The translations under genes were made by a program, and so were the position numbers. DNA of 64,000 bases from an uncultured delta proteobacterium. GTDB lineage: Bacteria; Desulfobacterota; RBG-13-43-22. Numbering within the stretch: position 1 is the stretch's first letter; each line of letters opens with the position of its first letter. Below, one piece after another: positions 30,175 through 40,691 of this stretch. Below the pieces are notes generated by a model. The model saw nothing but the letters and a program-made list of their open reading frames with translations, had not been told where the DNA came from and made no database searches. The stretch spans positions 32,001 to 96,000 of the forward strand of contig CAWDKY010000017.1 in assembly GCA_963802945.1 (NCBI GenBank). Reading direction: 5' to 3'.

Positions 30175-31126
30175 TCACAAGTGATTGCGCAATTTCAGTT
30201 CCAGGGGATGGGGTTGCAGATAGGTTTGGTTTTTCAAATACGATTGATCGTATTTGCGGACATAATGCAGCAGAAGGGTTATTGGTATGATAAGAGGGAT
30301 CAGGCCCTGTTTATAATGATTGATAACTTCAATTAGCTCTTCCTTTTCATCCGAAGATAAATTCTTTTTAAAAAATCCCATCATATGAAAAAGCAAATCG
30401 CTGTGTTTTTTTTGGGTTAATTTTATTTGCAGGACTTCCAGCAAAAGTTCCTGGTAACTGTCAAATCGTTCTTTCAAAGTCAAGCTTTCGGCCTGGGCGA
30501 CAAGCTGTCCCATTAGCTGATAATACTTTCGGCTATGAGATAATATCTGAAACTTATGTCTGGCATGAAAATCGATTAATGGTTTCAGTCCTGTTTTTTG
30601 AGCCTTGACCTCCCGCCATCTTTTTAAGGTGAAAATCCGTTCAATGAAATTTTCCCGAAGCTGCGGATCATGAAGGCGTCCATCATCCTCCATCGGCAAT
30701 AACGGGAACCGGGTCATGAACTCCCGGGCAAAAAGCCCCACCCCCGTTTTGATTGGCGCCCCCTTATCCCCATAAACTTTCACACGCTCCAGGCCGCTGC
30801 TAGGTGAGCCGCTTTTAAAGATAAAACCGCAGAGATCTTCTTTCTCCAGCTCGGCAATCCGCATACGGGCATAAGTCTTTCATCCTGTCGGTATGATCAA
30901 TTTTTGTATGTATAGTCACCAAACGAGGATTTTGGGGATCCCCAATAAGATGCATGGCCTCCCTGGGAACCCTCAGACCACATTCCACCTCGGGACAGAC
31001 CGGGACAAATTCGACATAGTTACCTAGGGTGTCGGTAATGAAGCGATCCCATCTATGTCCCCCGTCATAGCGGACCTTATCACCCAACAGGCACCGACTG
31101 ATTCCAATTTTTATTTTGTCTTCCAT
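30175..31126 (-). CDS. DUF523 + DUF1722 (YbgA-like) protein; 1-nt frameshift near 30879
   Basis: IGISRCLLGDKVRYDGGH, VCPEVECG / SPSSG, EDDGRLHDP.LRENF, YLQPHP. Confidence 0.9.
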
Positions 31127-31456
31127 TGTTTAAATTTTTACATCTTTTGATCTGAAAAATTTTCTCTAATATTCATTGACGTTCTTAATAGTTAAGAATG
31201 TTCGTTGATTCACGATTAAATATTACCCAAAGGAAAAAGGAAAGCCCTTTCTTCTTTAAGACATTCGCTGGTTTTTTCAAGTTCACTTCGGATTTGTTGA
31301 TGTTCCAAAGCATTTGGGCGTAAAAAAGATGATTGAGTGGATAGTGACCAAGCCATCTCAAGAAATCAAATAGTTACGAACGACAAGATTATTTGGCTCA
31401 CCCTTATTGGGACCTTTTTACGAGTTCACCCAGGGTTGCGAAGATATTAAGGTGGC

Positions 31457-32554
31457 TCAGAACCAGAAGGCTAAGACGCACTGGATGGTCTGTGCCCGAC
31501 CAAATTCGGGCTCGATTTCCGGTAACATATTGTACTGGTAGGCTGCCTGGATGCAGCACCACTTGGAGAGGAAGGCACTGAGGCCAAAGCTCACCCCGAC
31601 GTTTTCCTCCAAATCAATAGAGGGACTAAACCGCACAAAGAGCCACTCCAAGAGGCGGTGTTCAATCCCGGCATTAAATCGGTGAATTACCAGGTTGTCT
31701 TGGTCACTGTTGAAAATCCCAAGTTGATAATCCAGGAAGATGGTAGATCCCTTGGCATACTCGTAGGAGAGACCTGGACGCAGGATATATTGCTGTTGAT
31801 TACCATTGGCCTCAATGGTCTGATTTATAGGAGAAGGCAAGGAAGGAAGACTTATCTGGGCCGTTGTCGTGGAGTGATAGGGTTGCCAACCATACTCCAA
31901 GATCATCCCAAGAAGCCACTTTTCGGCTGGCTGATAAAGTCCGCCGATGCGGACGCGATAACTGTCGGCTGAGGTCTCGGTAGCCACGTTCACTGGCATC
32001 ATCTGCGGAAACCCGGGGATTTGGCTAAGTAAGGTCCCATTTCGCTTGACAGTAGCTTGTGCAAAGTTGAGATCTACGCCGAGGGCGTAGTTCCCAAACC
32101 GCTTGCCCCATTGTACCTGGCCCACATCTACCGGGTAATCGAAGGTCAGGCCATCCCGGGCGATAGCGTTGTTGGTGCGAACCTGACTGAGGGTAGGCTG
32201 AATGACGCCCCAACTCCGTGTGTCCCAAGTCATGGACTCGCCGAACAGGTTCAGTTGCATCCCTGCTTGGAAGTTGAGAAAGGAGTAGTAGGGGGACACC
32301 AAGATCCCATTTTCACTAGGGAGGGATGTCCAGTCTAAAGAGGCTGGGTTGACTGCCGAAGAAAACCTGTTGGCTACTGTCTCGCCGCCCAAGGAGGAGA
32401 TCTCGGTGAATTGGAGAGAGGCTGCCGGCAAGCGGACGGAAAAGTCGTAGTTGCTGTAATCGCCCGCAGAAAGGACTATGTAGGGAAAGATAATGAGAAC
32501 CAGGAGAGAGAAGACAGGCAGGCTATAACGAAAATTTCCCTGAGATATCTGCAT
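31457..32554 (-). CDS. Exported, probable outer-membrane beta-barrel protein
   Basis: Signal peptide, NPASL, alternating aromatic strands, C-terminal Phe. Confidence 0.6.
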   Translation of the reverse strand: MQISQGNFRYSLPVFSLLVLIIFPYIVLSAGDYSNYDFSVRLPAASLQFTEISSLGGETVANRFSSAVNPASLDWTSLPSENGILVSPYYSFLNFQAGMQLNLFGESMTWDTRSWGVIQPTLSQVRTNNAIARDGLTFDYPVDVGQVQWGKRFGNYALGVDLNFAQATVKRNGTLLSQIPGFPQMMPVNVATETSADSYRVRIGGLYQPAEKWLLGMILEYGWQPYHSTTTAQISLPSLPSPINQTIEANGNQQQYILRPGLSYEYAKGSTIFLDYQLGIFNSDQDNLVIHRFNAGIEHRLLEWLFVRFSPSIDLEENVGVSFGLSAFLSKWCCIQAAYQYNMLPEIEPEFGRAQTIQCVLAFWF

Positions 32555-32594
32555 TCAGGGCTCCTTTCAAAATTTATGGTCTGAAAACTTGGAA

Positions 32595-32665
32595 GGTAAT
32601 AATTTTGCTTAAGGAGTTGTTATGATTATCATGTTAGGGAGAGGGGGTCAAGAGGAAAAAGGAGA
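32595..32665 (-). repeat. Degenerate copy of the promoter element
   Basis: TTTTTCCTC-TTGACC-15-GATAAT...AAGCAAAATTATTACC. Confidence 0.4.
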
Positions 32666-32962
32666 TTGTAATAGTGGAGTTAAAATGTCCCTACGGAAGA
32701 GGGATATAAAACACCCTTTTTCGCTATAAGAACTCCGTCCACAAAAACCATTTCTCTTTGGGCCATAACACATTCTCCCGTACTTTATTTAATAATAGCC
32801 CTGATAAAAAAATTAGCTTTTTACCTTATGGACTCCTAAAAGGTGATAAAAAACAAATTCGCCGCAAGTAATGTTTATTGACAATTGGCTCCTTTTCCAA
32901 TATTTAAAATTGACAAGGTTTAATTCAATTCGACCAAACCAGAACAGAAAGGGGAGATCGCC

Positions 32963-34093
32963 ATGAAGAAAAAGTTTTCTATCTTGGTCTCCATTGGATT
33001 AATTCTCATGTTACCCAATTTCTTGGCGGCCAAGGAAACCGTCAAAATCGGCTTGATCACTCCATTGACCGGTGACGTGAAGACCTTTGGAGAGTCGGCC
33101 AAGAATGCCTTTGCCATTGCTCTCGAAAACTATGCCAAAGGGGGTAAGTATCAGATTGTTCCCGTTATTGCCGATGATAAGAATGACCCTACCGAAGGGG
33201 CGAACGGGGCGCTGAAGTTGACGACTCAGGATAAAGTGATGGCCATTGTGGGACCTTTAACTTCGAAAGTTGCCATACCCGTAAGCGAGATTGCCGATAA
33301 GCACAAGGTCCCCATGGTCAGCGGGACAGCCACCAATCCCAAAGTGACGGTTTACGACAGCAAAAGAAAACCCTATGTATTCAGGGCCTGCTTCATTGAC
33401 CCCTTTCAGGGCAGTGTGGCCGCTAATTTTGCACTCCATTCCCTGAAGATAAAAACTGCGGCCGTACTTTATGATGTGAGCAATGATTATTCCAAAGGCC
33501 TGGCCGAGGTTTTCAAGGCAACCCTTGAGAAAGGCAAGGGTACCGTAACGGCCTACGAATCTTATCAAAAGGACGATGTTGACTTTTCCGCCCTCATCAC
33601 CAAGGTGGGGATCAAAAAGCCGGACCTTATTTACATCCCTGATTATTACAATAAAGTCGCCCTCATTGCCCGTCAGGTCAGAGAAAAAGGCCTGAAATCC
33701 ATCCTGATGGGCGGGGACGGCTGGGATTCCCCGGAGCTGACTAAGATCGGCGGAACCGCAGTGATAGGAGGATATTTTACCAATCACTATTCTCCTGAAA
33801 GGAAAGATAAGGTCGCTGAGGCTTTTATACAAAAATATAAACAAAAACACGGACAGGTCCCGGATGCCCTGGCAGCGTTATCCTATGATGCCGCTGTCAT
33901 TGTTCTCCAGGCGCTGGACCGGGCCAAAAAACCAATGGCTGATGAGATCTTGAAAGCCCTGGCTGGCCTAAAAAATTTTCATGGTGTAACCGGGAACATC
34001 AGCTTTGATAAAAATGGGGATGCGGTTAAATCGGCGGTGGTGCTGAAGGTGGAAAAGGACGGATTTAAATACGTGGCCACGGTAAATCCGTAA
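32963..34093 (+). CDS. livK: Branched-chain amino acid ABC transporter substrate-binding protein
   Basis: KIGLITPLTG, FRACFIDPFQG, GGDGWD, ALSYDA. Confidence 0.93.
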   Translation: MKKKFSILVSIGLILMLPNFLAAKETVKIGLITPLTGDVKTFGESAKNAFAIALENYAKGGKYQIVPVIADDKNDPTEGANGALKLTTQDKVMAIVGPLTSKVAIPVSEIADKHKVPMVSGTATNPKVTVYDSKRKPYVFRACFIDPFQGSVAANFALHSLKIKTAAVLYDVSNDYSKGLAEVFKATLEKGKGTVTAYESYQKDDVDFSALITKVGIKKPDLIYIPDYYNKVALIARQVREKGLKSILMGGDGWDSPELTKIGGTAVIGGYFTNHYSPERKDKVAEAFIQKYKQKHGQVPDALAALSYDAAVIVLQALDRAKKPMADEILKALAGLKNFHGVTGNISFDKNGDAVKSAVVLKVEKDGFKYVATVNP

Positions 34094-34293
34094 CAGGTTG
34101 ATGAAAAAGGCCTATCTGCTGCGTTGCCCTCGTCCCTCCCCGCTTTTCAGCGGGGCAGGCTTATTGCGACGTACTTCAATGTACGTCTCATTCCTCGGGA
34201 TTTCTTCGCGTCAAGGGCAACGCTCAGTCCCCCCCCTTCGGGGCGGGTTCCCGGTTTCGGGCGCCTTGTATCTCGACCTTTTTGAGCAACCTG
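34094..34293. mobile_element. MITE-like element (200 bp)
   Basis: TIRs CAGGTTGATGAAAAAGG / CCTTTTTGAGCAACCTG; TAA on both flanks; internal palindromes. Confidence 0.75.
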
Positions 34294-34527
34294 TAACAAG
34301 AGGTTTTCCGCATGGTGTTAATAACTATTTGAAGGTTTGATACAGCCACTTGGTATTTTAGCAAAGGATTTAACAAGTTTTCTCTTGTTCCGAGCAAACG
34401 GTTCGGAGTGATTAGTTCGGAGTAACCGATCTCCCCACTCCGAACAACGAACATTAAACTTTGAACATGATTTAACCATCTTCGAATCCATTTCCAATAT
34501 TGAATAAAAAACAGCCAGGAGAAGAAC

Positions 34528-35418
34528 CTGGAAATTTTAAGCTACATTATCCAGCAGTCTATCAACGGCCTTCAGCTCGGGGCGGTCTATGCCCTCATCG
34601 CCCTGGGCTACACCATGGTATATGGGGTATTGCGCCTGATCAATTTCGCCCATGGGGATATCTTCATGTTCGGCGCCTTCACGGCCTATTACCTGCTGAC
34701 CAGGTGGGATCTGCCTCTTTTTCTGGTCTTTATGATCACCATGGCCGTGACCGCAGCCCTCGGATTCCTGGTGGAGAAGATCGCCTATAAACCGTTGCGC
34801 CATGCTCCCAAGATCTCGTTGCTTATTACCGCTGTGGGGGTTTCTCTTTTTCTCGAGTATTTTCTCGGCCTGAACAGCCTGTTTACCTCCAACTACATTG
34901 CCTTTCCGAGGCCCTTTGAGGTCGTAGGGTACGATTTTTCCTTGTTCACCATCACCAATATCCAGATCATCATTTTTTCCCTGACCGCCGTTTCGCTTTT
35001 CCTGCTCTACGTTCTGGTTTATTGGACCAAATATGGAAAGGCCATGCGGGCAGTTTCCCACGACCGGGAAACCGCCTCCTTAATGGGGATTTCAGTGGAT
35101 GGGATCATTTCCTTAACTTTCCTGGTGGGAACCGCTCTGGCCGGCATCGGGGGTATTCTCTATGGCTTCGCTTATCCACAAATCAACGTCTTCATGGGCA
35201 TCATGCCCGGCATCAAATCATTCATCGCCGCTGTCCTGGGGGGTATCGGCATCATTCATGGGGCTGTGGTCGGCGGAATACTGATCGGTATATCGGAGGT
35301 CTATGTCTCGGCCTTTCTTTCTTCAACGCTCAGAGACGGGGTGATATTCATTATCCTCCTGCTCGTTCTTCTTCTGAAACCGCAAGGTCTTTTCGGTAAA
35401 AAGGTGGAAAAGGTATGA
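34528..35418 (+). CDS. livH: Branched-chain amino acid ABC permease (probable CTG start)
   Basis: AGGAG-6 nt-CTG gives (M)EILSYIIQQSINGLQLGAVYALIALGYTMVYGVLRLINFAHG. Confidence 0.92.
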   Translation: MEILSYIIQQSINGLQLGAVYALIALGYTMVYGVLRLINFAHGDIFMFGAFTAYYLLTRWDLPLFLVFMITMAVTAALGFLVEKIAYKPLRHAPKISLLITAVGVSLFLEYFLGLNSLFTSNYIAFPRPFEVVGYDFSLFTITNIQIIIFSLTAVSLFLLYVLVYWTKYGKAMRAVSHDRETASLMGISVDGIISLTFLVGTALAGIGGILYGFAYPQINVFMGIMPGIKSFIAAVLGGIGIIHGAVVGGILIGISEVYVSAFLSSTLRDGVIFIILLLVLLLKPQGLFGKKVEKV

Positions 35419-36380
35419 CCTTCCTTCGGAGCGCTGCCAGGTTTCTGCTCTGTACGGCAATCCTCTATCTTGTGGTCAAAGGGTTTTTTCTCTCCGGTAT
35501 GGTGACGGCCTATATCCAGCAAATTATTCTTTTGGCCTTTATTGTTATACTTAATTCCCTGGGGCTGAATGTTATCTACGGCTTCACCGGTCAATTTTCC
35601 CTGGGGCAGGCTGCCTTCTACGGGATTGGGGCCTATACCTCCGCCTATCTTTGTACAGTTTTCAGGATCGACCATTGGTTTCCTTTTCTTCCGGTACTTT
35701 TAGTTAGCGGCCTAGCAGCCGGTCTGGTCGGCTATCTAATAGGGCTCCCGATACTCAGACTCAAAGACGATTTTCTGGCCATTGCCACGCTGGGCTTCGG
35801 CATCCTGGTCAGGGTATTGCTGGATAATTCCGACAGGTTCATCGAGGTCCTCGGCGGCTCGCGGGGATTTGTAGGCCTGCCCAGAATAACCAATCTTGAA
35901 TTGACCTTATTCTCCATCGCTTTTTTAATCTTGGTTACCAGAAATCTCATCTTTTCCAAATACGGCTTGTTTTGGAAATGTATCAAAGATGATGAACTGG
36001 CCTCGACGGTCTTCGGCATCGATACGACGAAGATGAAGCTCCTGGCCTTTAGTTACGGCTGCTTTCTGGCCGGAGTGGCCGGTGCACTTTATGCACAACT
36101 CTACACCTTTCTTCACCCGTCGAATTTTGATTTTCTCAAATCGATTGATTTCCTGATCATTGTCATCGTCGGAGGCATGGGAAGCATCACGGGTACGATC
36201 TATGCTGGGTTCATCTGGGTGGGATTTATCGAAGGGCTGCGCATCATCCTGCCCGACCGGATGTTGGAACTGCGCTGGGTCATTATCCCCATATTTCTTA
36301 TTCTATTAATGATGTGGAGACCCTACGGGCTTATTGCCCGGAAAGAATCCCGTTTTTTGGGGATCGAAGGGACCCAATGA
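35415..36380 (+). CDS. livM: Branched-chain amino acid ABC permease
   Basis: GQFSLGQAAFYGIGAY, LAIATLGFG, VGGMGS, RPYGL. Confidence 0.93.
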   Translation: MTFLRSAARFLLCTAILYLVVKGFFLSGMVTAYIQQIILLAFIVILNSLGLNVIYGFTGQFSLGQAAFYGIGAYTSAYLCTVFRIDHWFPFLPVLLVSGLAAGLVGYLIGLPILRLKDDFLAIATLGFGILVRVLLDNSDRFIEVLGGSRGFVGLPRITNLELTLFSIAFLILVTRNLIFSKYGLFWKCIKDDELASTVFGIDTTKMKLLAFSYGCFLAGVAGALYAQLYTFLHPSNFDFLKSIDFLIIVIVGGMGSITGTIYAGFIWVGFIEGLRIILPDRMLELRWVIIPIFLILLMMWRPYGLIARKESRFLGIEGTQ

Positions 36381-37147
36381 AAGCTCTAGAAATAAACCGT
36401 TTGAAGAAAAGTTTTGGTGGTGTTGATGCCGTCGACAACCTTTCCTTTTCGGTCGATGAATTTGAAACCGTAGGCATCATAGGACCCAACGGCGCGGGAA
36501 AAACCACGGTTTTCAATCTGGTCACCGGTCTTTACCATCCGGATGCCGGCGGTATTTTATATTTTGGCCGGGACATCAAACGTCTGGCCCCGTTCCATCT
36601 GGCCCATGTCGGCTTGTCGAGGACCTTTCAAAATCTTCGGTTGTTCAGCAGTCTGACGGTGTTGGAGAATATCAAGACACCCATCTTGAGCCATAAAGGT
36701 TACAACCTCTGGTCGGCGATCTTCCGGACCGGGGATTATGTGCAGTTGGAACAGGCCGCTGAAAATCAGGCCAGGGAACTTTTGGATTTTTTCCAAATGA
36801 CCGGGAAAGAAACCTATTCAGCCAACAGCCTCCCCTATGGTGAGCAGCGGAAGCTGGAGCTGGCCCGGGCTTTGGCCGGAAACCCCCGTCTGCTCTTGAT
36901 CGATGAACCGGGGGCTGGCATGAATCCCAGAGAAATCCAGGACCTGGTGAGAATCATACGCCGGGTCAAAGAGAATTTTCGGTTGACTATCGTAATGATT
37001 GAACATCAGATGGGGCTGGTCCTGAACGTCTCGGACCGGGTTATTGTTATGGATTACGGTCAAAAAATCGCTGAAGGTCCTCCGGCGGAAATCAAAAAAA
37101 ATGAAAAGGTCATTGAAGCCTATCTTGGAGAAAAGTTCGCATGTTGA
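36377..37147 (+). CDS. livG: Branched-chain amino acid ABC ATPase
   Basis: GPNGAGKTT, RTFQN, LPYGEQRKLELARAL, VIEAYLG. Confidence 0.93.
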   Translation: MKALEINRLKKSFGGVDAVDNLSFSVDEFETVGIIGPNGAGKTTVFNLVTGLYHPDAGGILYFGRDIKRLAPFHLAHVGLSRTFQNLRLFSSLTVLENIKTPILSHKGYNLWSAIFRTGDYVQLEQAAENQARELLDFFQMTGKETYSANSLPYGEQRKLELARALAGNPRLLLIDEPGAGMNPREIQDLVRIIRRVKENFRLTIVMIEHQMGLVLNVSDRVIVMDYGQKIAEGPPAEIKKNEKVIEAYLGEKFAC

Positions 37148-37878
37148 TGAAGATCATTGACCTTCAGGTGAGTTATGGTGTGGTAAAGGCCATTGATGGT
37201 TTGAACCTCGAGGTGCAAAAAGGGGAGATTCTATCGGTCGTCGGTGCCAATGGGGCCGGGAAAACCACCCTTCTCAAGACCATCACCGGGATTTTGAGGC
37301 CTTCCAGGGGCACCATAGAATACCAGGGGAAAAATATCGCCAGAACACGTCCGGACCGAATCGTCCGACTCGGTATCTGCTTGGTGCCCGAGGGAAGACG
37401 TATCTTTCCTGATTTGACCGTCAGAGAAAATCTGGAATTGGGCGGCTATGCCGTAACCGGCAGAAGACATAAAAAGGAACTTTTTGAACTCACTCTACAT
37501 ACCTTCCCCAGAATGAAAGAGAGGCTCAAACAGGCGGCCGGGACCTTGTCCGGTGGGGAACAACAGATGCTGGCTGTTGGCAGGGCGCTTATGGGTAATC
37601 CGCAGCTGCTTTTGCTCGATGAGCCTTCCATGGGGCTTTCACCCATCGTGACCAGGGAGATATTCACGCTCATCCAGAAGGTCAACCTGGAGAAAGGCAT
37701 TTCCATGATTCTGGTGGAACAGAATGCCAATCTGGCCCTTGATTTTTCCCACCGGGCTTATGTTTTAGAGACCGGAAGGGTGGTTATGGAAGGTGAATCG
37801 GCAACGGTGAAGCGTGATCCCACTGTCATCGATGCCTATCTCGGTTTCGAATTTATGGAGCAGGATCGAGAGCCATAA
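37141..37878 (+). CDS. livF: Branched-chain amino acid ABC ATPase
   Basis: GANGAGKTT, VPEGRRIF, LSGGEQQMLA, DEPSMGL. Confidence 0.93.
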   Translation: MLMKIIDLQVSYGVVKAIDGLNLEVQKGEILSVVGANGAGKTTLLKTITGILRPSRGTIEYQGKNIARTRPDRIVRLGICLVPEGRRIFPDLTVRENLELGGYAVTGRRHKKELFELTLHTFPRMKERLKQAAGTLSGGEQQMLAVGRALMGNPQLLLLDEPSMGLSPIVTREIFTLIQKVNLEKGISMILVEQNANLALDFSHRAYVLETGRVVMEGESATVKRDPTVIDAYLGFEFMEQDREP

Positions 37879-37953
37879 AAAGTAAAAAGGGAGCCCTATC
37901 TATTAATCATGACCAGGTCATCATAGGATGTCCCCTTAATGAGGTAACTGTCT

Positions 37954-38502
37954 TCAATCAGACAGGGCCGTTTTTTCTTCTTCAATAAACCGATTCAACT
38001 CTTCTTCTTCCATTAAGGGGTGGGCCTGTTTCCGATCCATCTTACGGTTTAATCGGTAAACGGATTCATTGAGATCTTCAAAATACAAATACAATTCGGA
38101 GTCCCTTTCTTCGGTCCGAAGCCATTGGATATAAGGCACCAAGAAGCTGAAATATCCCAGTATGGGGGTTCCAAAGGCCTGCCAGGTTTCTTGCTTGGAA
38201 AGGATCTCTTTTTGGACTAAGAAACCAAAGCGGTCAAAAAAATTAAGGACCTCGGCGGAATGGGCTTGAAGTTCCTTCATATCGGTTCGATCCGTCAGGA
38301 TGAGCCGTTGACGACATTTCCTCATTTCGGATGACTGGTAGTAAAATTCAAGGTGACCCAATTCCAAGACCGCCATTGTTTTCCTGAGTCCTCTTATTCG
38401 CCTTAAAATTACCCATAGAAAAATGAAAAAGATTAAGAAGGCCAGGAAAAATCCGGCTTCGGGGACTAAAACCGCATCCAGAATCATACCTATATCATTC
38501 AT
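37954..38502 (-). CDS. Membrane-anchored hypothetical protein
   Basis: 182 aa, one N-terminal TM helix; GGGAG RBS. Confidence 0.7.
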   Translation of the reverse strand: MNDIGMILDAVLVPEAGFFLAFLIFFIFLWVILRRIRGLRKTMAVLELGHLEFYYQSSEMRKCRQRLILTDRTDMKELQAHSAEVLNFFDRFGFLVQKEILSKQETWQAFGTPILGYFSFLVPYIQWLRTEERDSELYLYFEDLNESVYRLNRKMDRKQAHPLMEEEELNRFIEEEKTALSD

Positions 38503-38579
38503 ATCAAAATCACTCCCTTGAAGAAAAACAAGAAGGCGATTAGCTAATTCCCGAAACTAAAAAATTTTACACAAAATAT

Positions 38580-38740
38580 TTGACAGTACCCTATATTAAT
38601 CTATAATTGAAGCTTCGTCAAAAGGAAAATGATTCCCCTCCACCGGCTTCTTTGGCCTTCCTTTGGCAACGCCTTAGCAAACACTATCCTTCTTTATCCT
38701 TGACCCCTTTCCTCTCTCATTTTATAATACCTCCATTTAA
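38580..38740 (+). promoter_or_regulatory. Tandem promoters separated by an IS91 transposase micro-fragment
   Basis: TTGACA-16-TATAAT (38580-38607); GCTTCGTCAAAAGGAAAATGA (38612-38632) identical to 59178-59198; TTGACC-17-TATAAT (38700-38728). Confidence 0.65.
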
Positions 38741-38992
38741 AATAATATTTCCCAATATGAATAAGTTTGAGGCGGGACATGAATAGTAACTATTCAGATA
38801 CGAAAAAAAACATTCAGCTATTGAGCAATCAATTTTTATGCATCCTGGTGCCCGCCACAGGCGGCCTGAAAGTTATTTCATTTGACACCGAGTGCCTAAA
38901 AACATAAAATGCAGCCGGATAACATATCAACCGAGTTTGTATTATTGCGTGGCTCGAACAATATTCTAAATTTAAATTAAGGAGAACAACCG

Positions 38993-39286
38993 ATGATATC
39001 CATTATTGCCAAGATCCCGATCAAAGAAGAAAAGATGAATGAGGCGATTGAAGCCGTTAAACAATTAATGAAAGCAATGACAAATGATGTAGGGACCATG
39101 TCTTATTCCTTGAATGTTTCTAAAAAAGACCCTACGACCTTAGTCATCTTGGAGCGTTACAAGGACAAAGAGAGCTTAGGTCTCCATTCTTCCACACCTC
39201 ATTTTAAAGCCTTTCAAGCCAAGACCGCTGAATTAATCGCTGGGAAGGCGGAAATAATGATTATGGATGAATTGGCCTCCATTTAA
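38993..39286 (+). CDS. ABM / putative quinol monooxygenase family protein
   Basis: 97 aa; GTMSYSL, LERYKD, HSSTPHFKAF. Confidence 0.85.
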   Translation: MISIIAKIPIKEEKMNEAIEAVKQLMKAMTNDVGTMSYSLNVSKKDPTTLVILERYKDKESLGLHSSTPHFKAFQAKTAELIAGKAEIMIMDELASI

Positions 39287-39403
39287 TTTGAGGCAAGAAA
39301 CAATATAAGCAGTTGAAGGTGTGGGGGGAAATTATTGGATCTTAAATGACCATACCAAAGGGTATCTTTGGGGACAGCACCTAAATGATAAAGAAGTCGA
39401 ATA

Positions 39404-40654
39404 ATGCTTATAGAGGGGACGGACCGGCCCATGGAGAAATTTGAAAATCTGATCTCATCTGCTATAAATTTGGGGGTCTCCGATATTCATATCGCCGGAG
39501 GCCATCCTGTCGTTTACCGTATCAACGGGATCTTAAAATTTCAAACGACATTTCAATGGAATTACAAGGAAGTCGATGCCTTACTTGAAACCCTCCTGAC
39601 CCCCAGGCAATTACATGAGCTTAGAGAACGTTATTCCATTGATTGTGCTTTGAGGTTTTCGCGAGCACACTTAAGAATCAATATTTTTTATACCACTCGG
39701 GGATTAAGTCTGGCCATCCGTATCCTTCCCGGGATCGTCCCCACCGTCGAGCAGTTGAATCTCCATCCTTCCCTCAAGGAGATCTGCAAGCTCAAATCCG
39801 GATTGGTTTTGATATGCGGGGCTACCGGAGTTGGGAAAACCACCACCATTGCCTCCCTTATCGAAGAAATCAATCGCAATCTTGCGCATCACATTATTAC
39901 CTTGGAAGACCCCATTGAATATCGGATTGTCTCCAAGAAGTCATTTGTCGAACAGCGAGAATTGGGGACCCATATGCCGACTTTTGAGCAGGGCCTATTG
40001 GATGTCTTAAGAGAAGATCCCGATGTGATCGTTATCGGGGAAGTTAGGGATTATGAAACCATCAAACTGATGTTAAATATTGCCGAAGCAGGTAACCTAA
40101 TCATCGCCACCATGCATGCCAGTAATTCCGAGGAGGCCCTTCATCGTATTTTAAACGCCTTCCCCATGCAATCGCAAGACGATATCCGTAATCGCCTGGC
40201 TTCGACCTTGACCTGGCTGGTCATTCAAGAATTGATTTACCTCGATAAATTCGGATTTCGTGTCCCGCTTCTTTCGATCCTGCGGGGTAGCCAAGCGTTG
40301 AAGGGTACGATTCGAGAAGACAAACTGCACCAGATTGAAAACATTATTCAACTCGGGAAAAACGAAGGCATGTTTAACTTTGATCGCTACTTAAACGAAT
40401 ATTTGATGAATCAGAATTTCCTGACCACGCCGTTAAAACTTTTTCAGCCTTCCCCGGAAAAGACCGAAGAAGTCGACTATCGCTCGCCTATTATGGATTC
40501 TTCCAGAGAAGTCCTGAAAAGGTATCCGAAGGGTAAAAAGCGGATTCCCGAACCTGCCTCCTTCTCGCCGGAAAGTGATCAAGTTCCGACTTTGAGCAAC
40601 GACGGCCGATCGTTGAAAGATTTTATCGAAGAATTGGATAAGGACTACAAATAA
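39404..40654 (+). CDS. pilT: PilT/PilU family type IV pilus ATPase
   Basis: SDIHI, GATGVGKTTT, TLEDPIEY, QRELG, LREDPDVIVIGEVRD, ATMH. Confidence 0.88.
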   Translation: MLIEGTDRPMEKFENLISSAINLGVSDIHIAGGHPVVYRINGILKFQTTFQWNYKEVDALLETLLTPRQLHELRERYSIDCALRFSRAHLRINIFYTTRGLSLAIRILPGIVPTVEQLNLHPSLKEICKLKSGLVLICGATGVGKTTTIASLIEEINRNLAHHIITLEDPIEYRIVSKKSFVEQRELGTHMPTFEQGLLDVLREDPDVIVIGEVRDYETIKLMLNIAEAGNLIIATMHASNSEEALHRILNAFPMQSQDDIRNRLASTLTWLVIQELIYLDKFGFRVPLLSILRGSQALKGTIREDKLHQIENIIQLGKNEGMFNFDRYLNEYLMNQNFLTTPLKLFQPSPEKTEEVDYRSPIMDSSREVLKRYPKGKKRIPEPASFSPESDQVPTLSNDGRSLKDFIEELDKDYK

Positions 40655-40691
40655 CTCTTTGAAGCATCTCTAAAAGAGTCGGTAATGGTCC

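Noticed and set aside
38780-38796. TGAATAG-TAA-CTATTCA palindrome as a repressor operator
   Set aside because: No adjacent regulator; could equally be an end of a small mobile repeat
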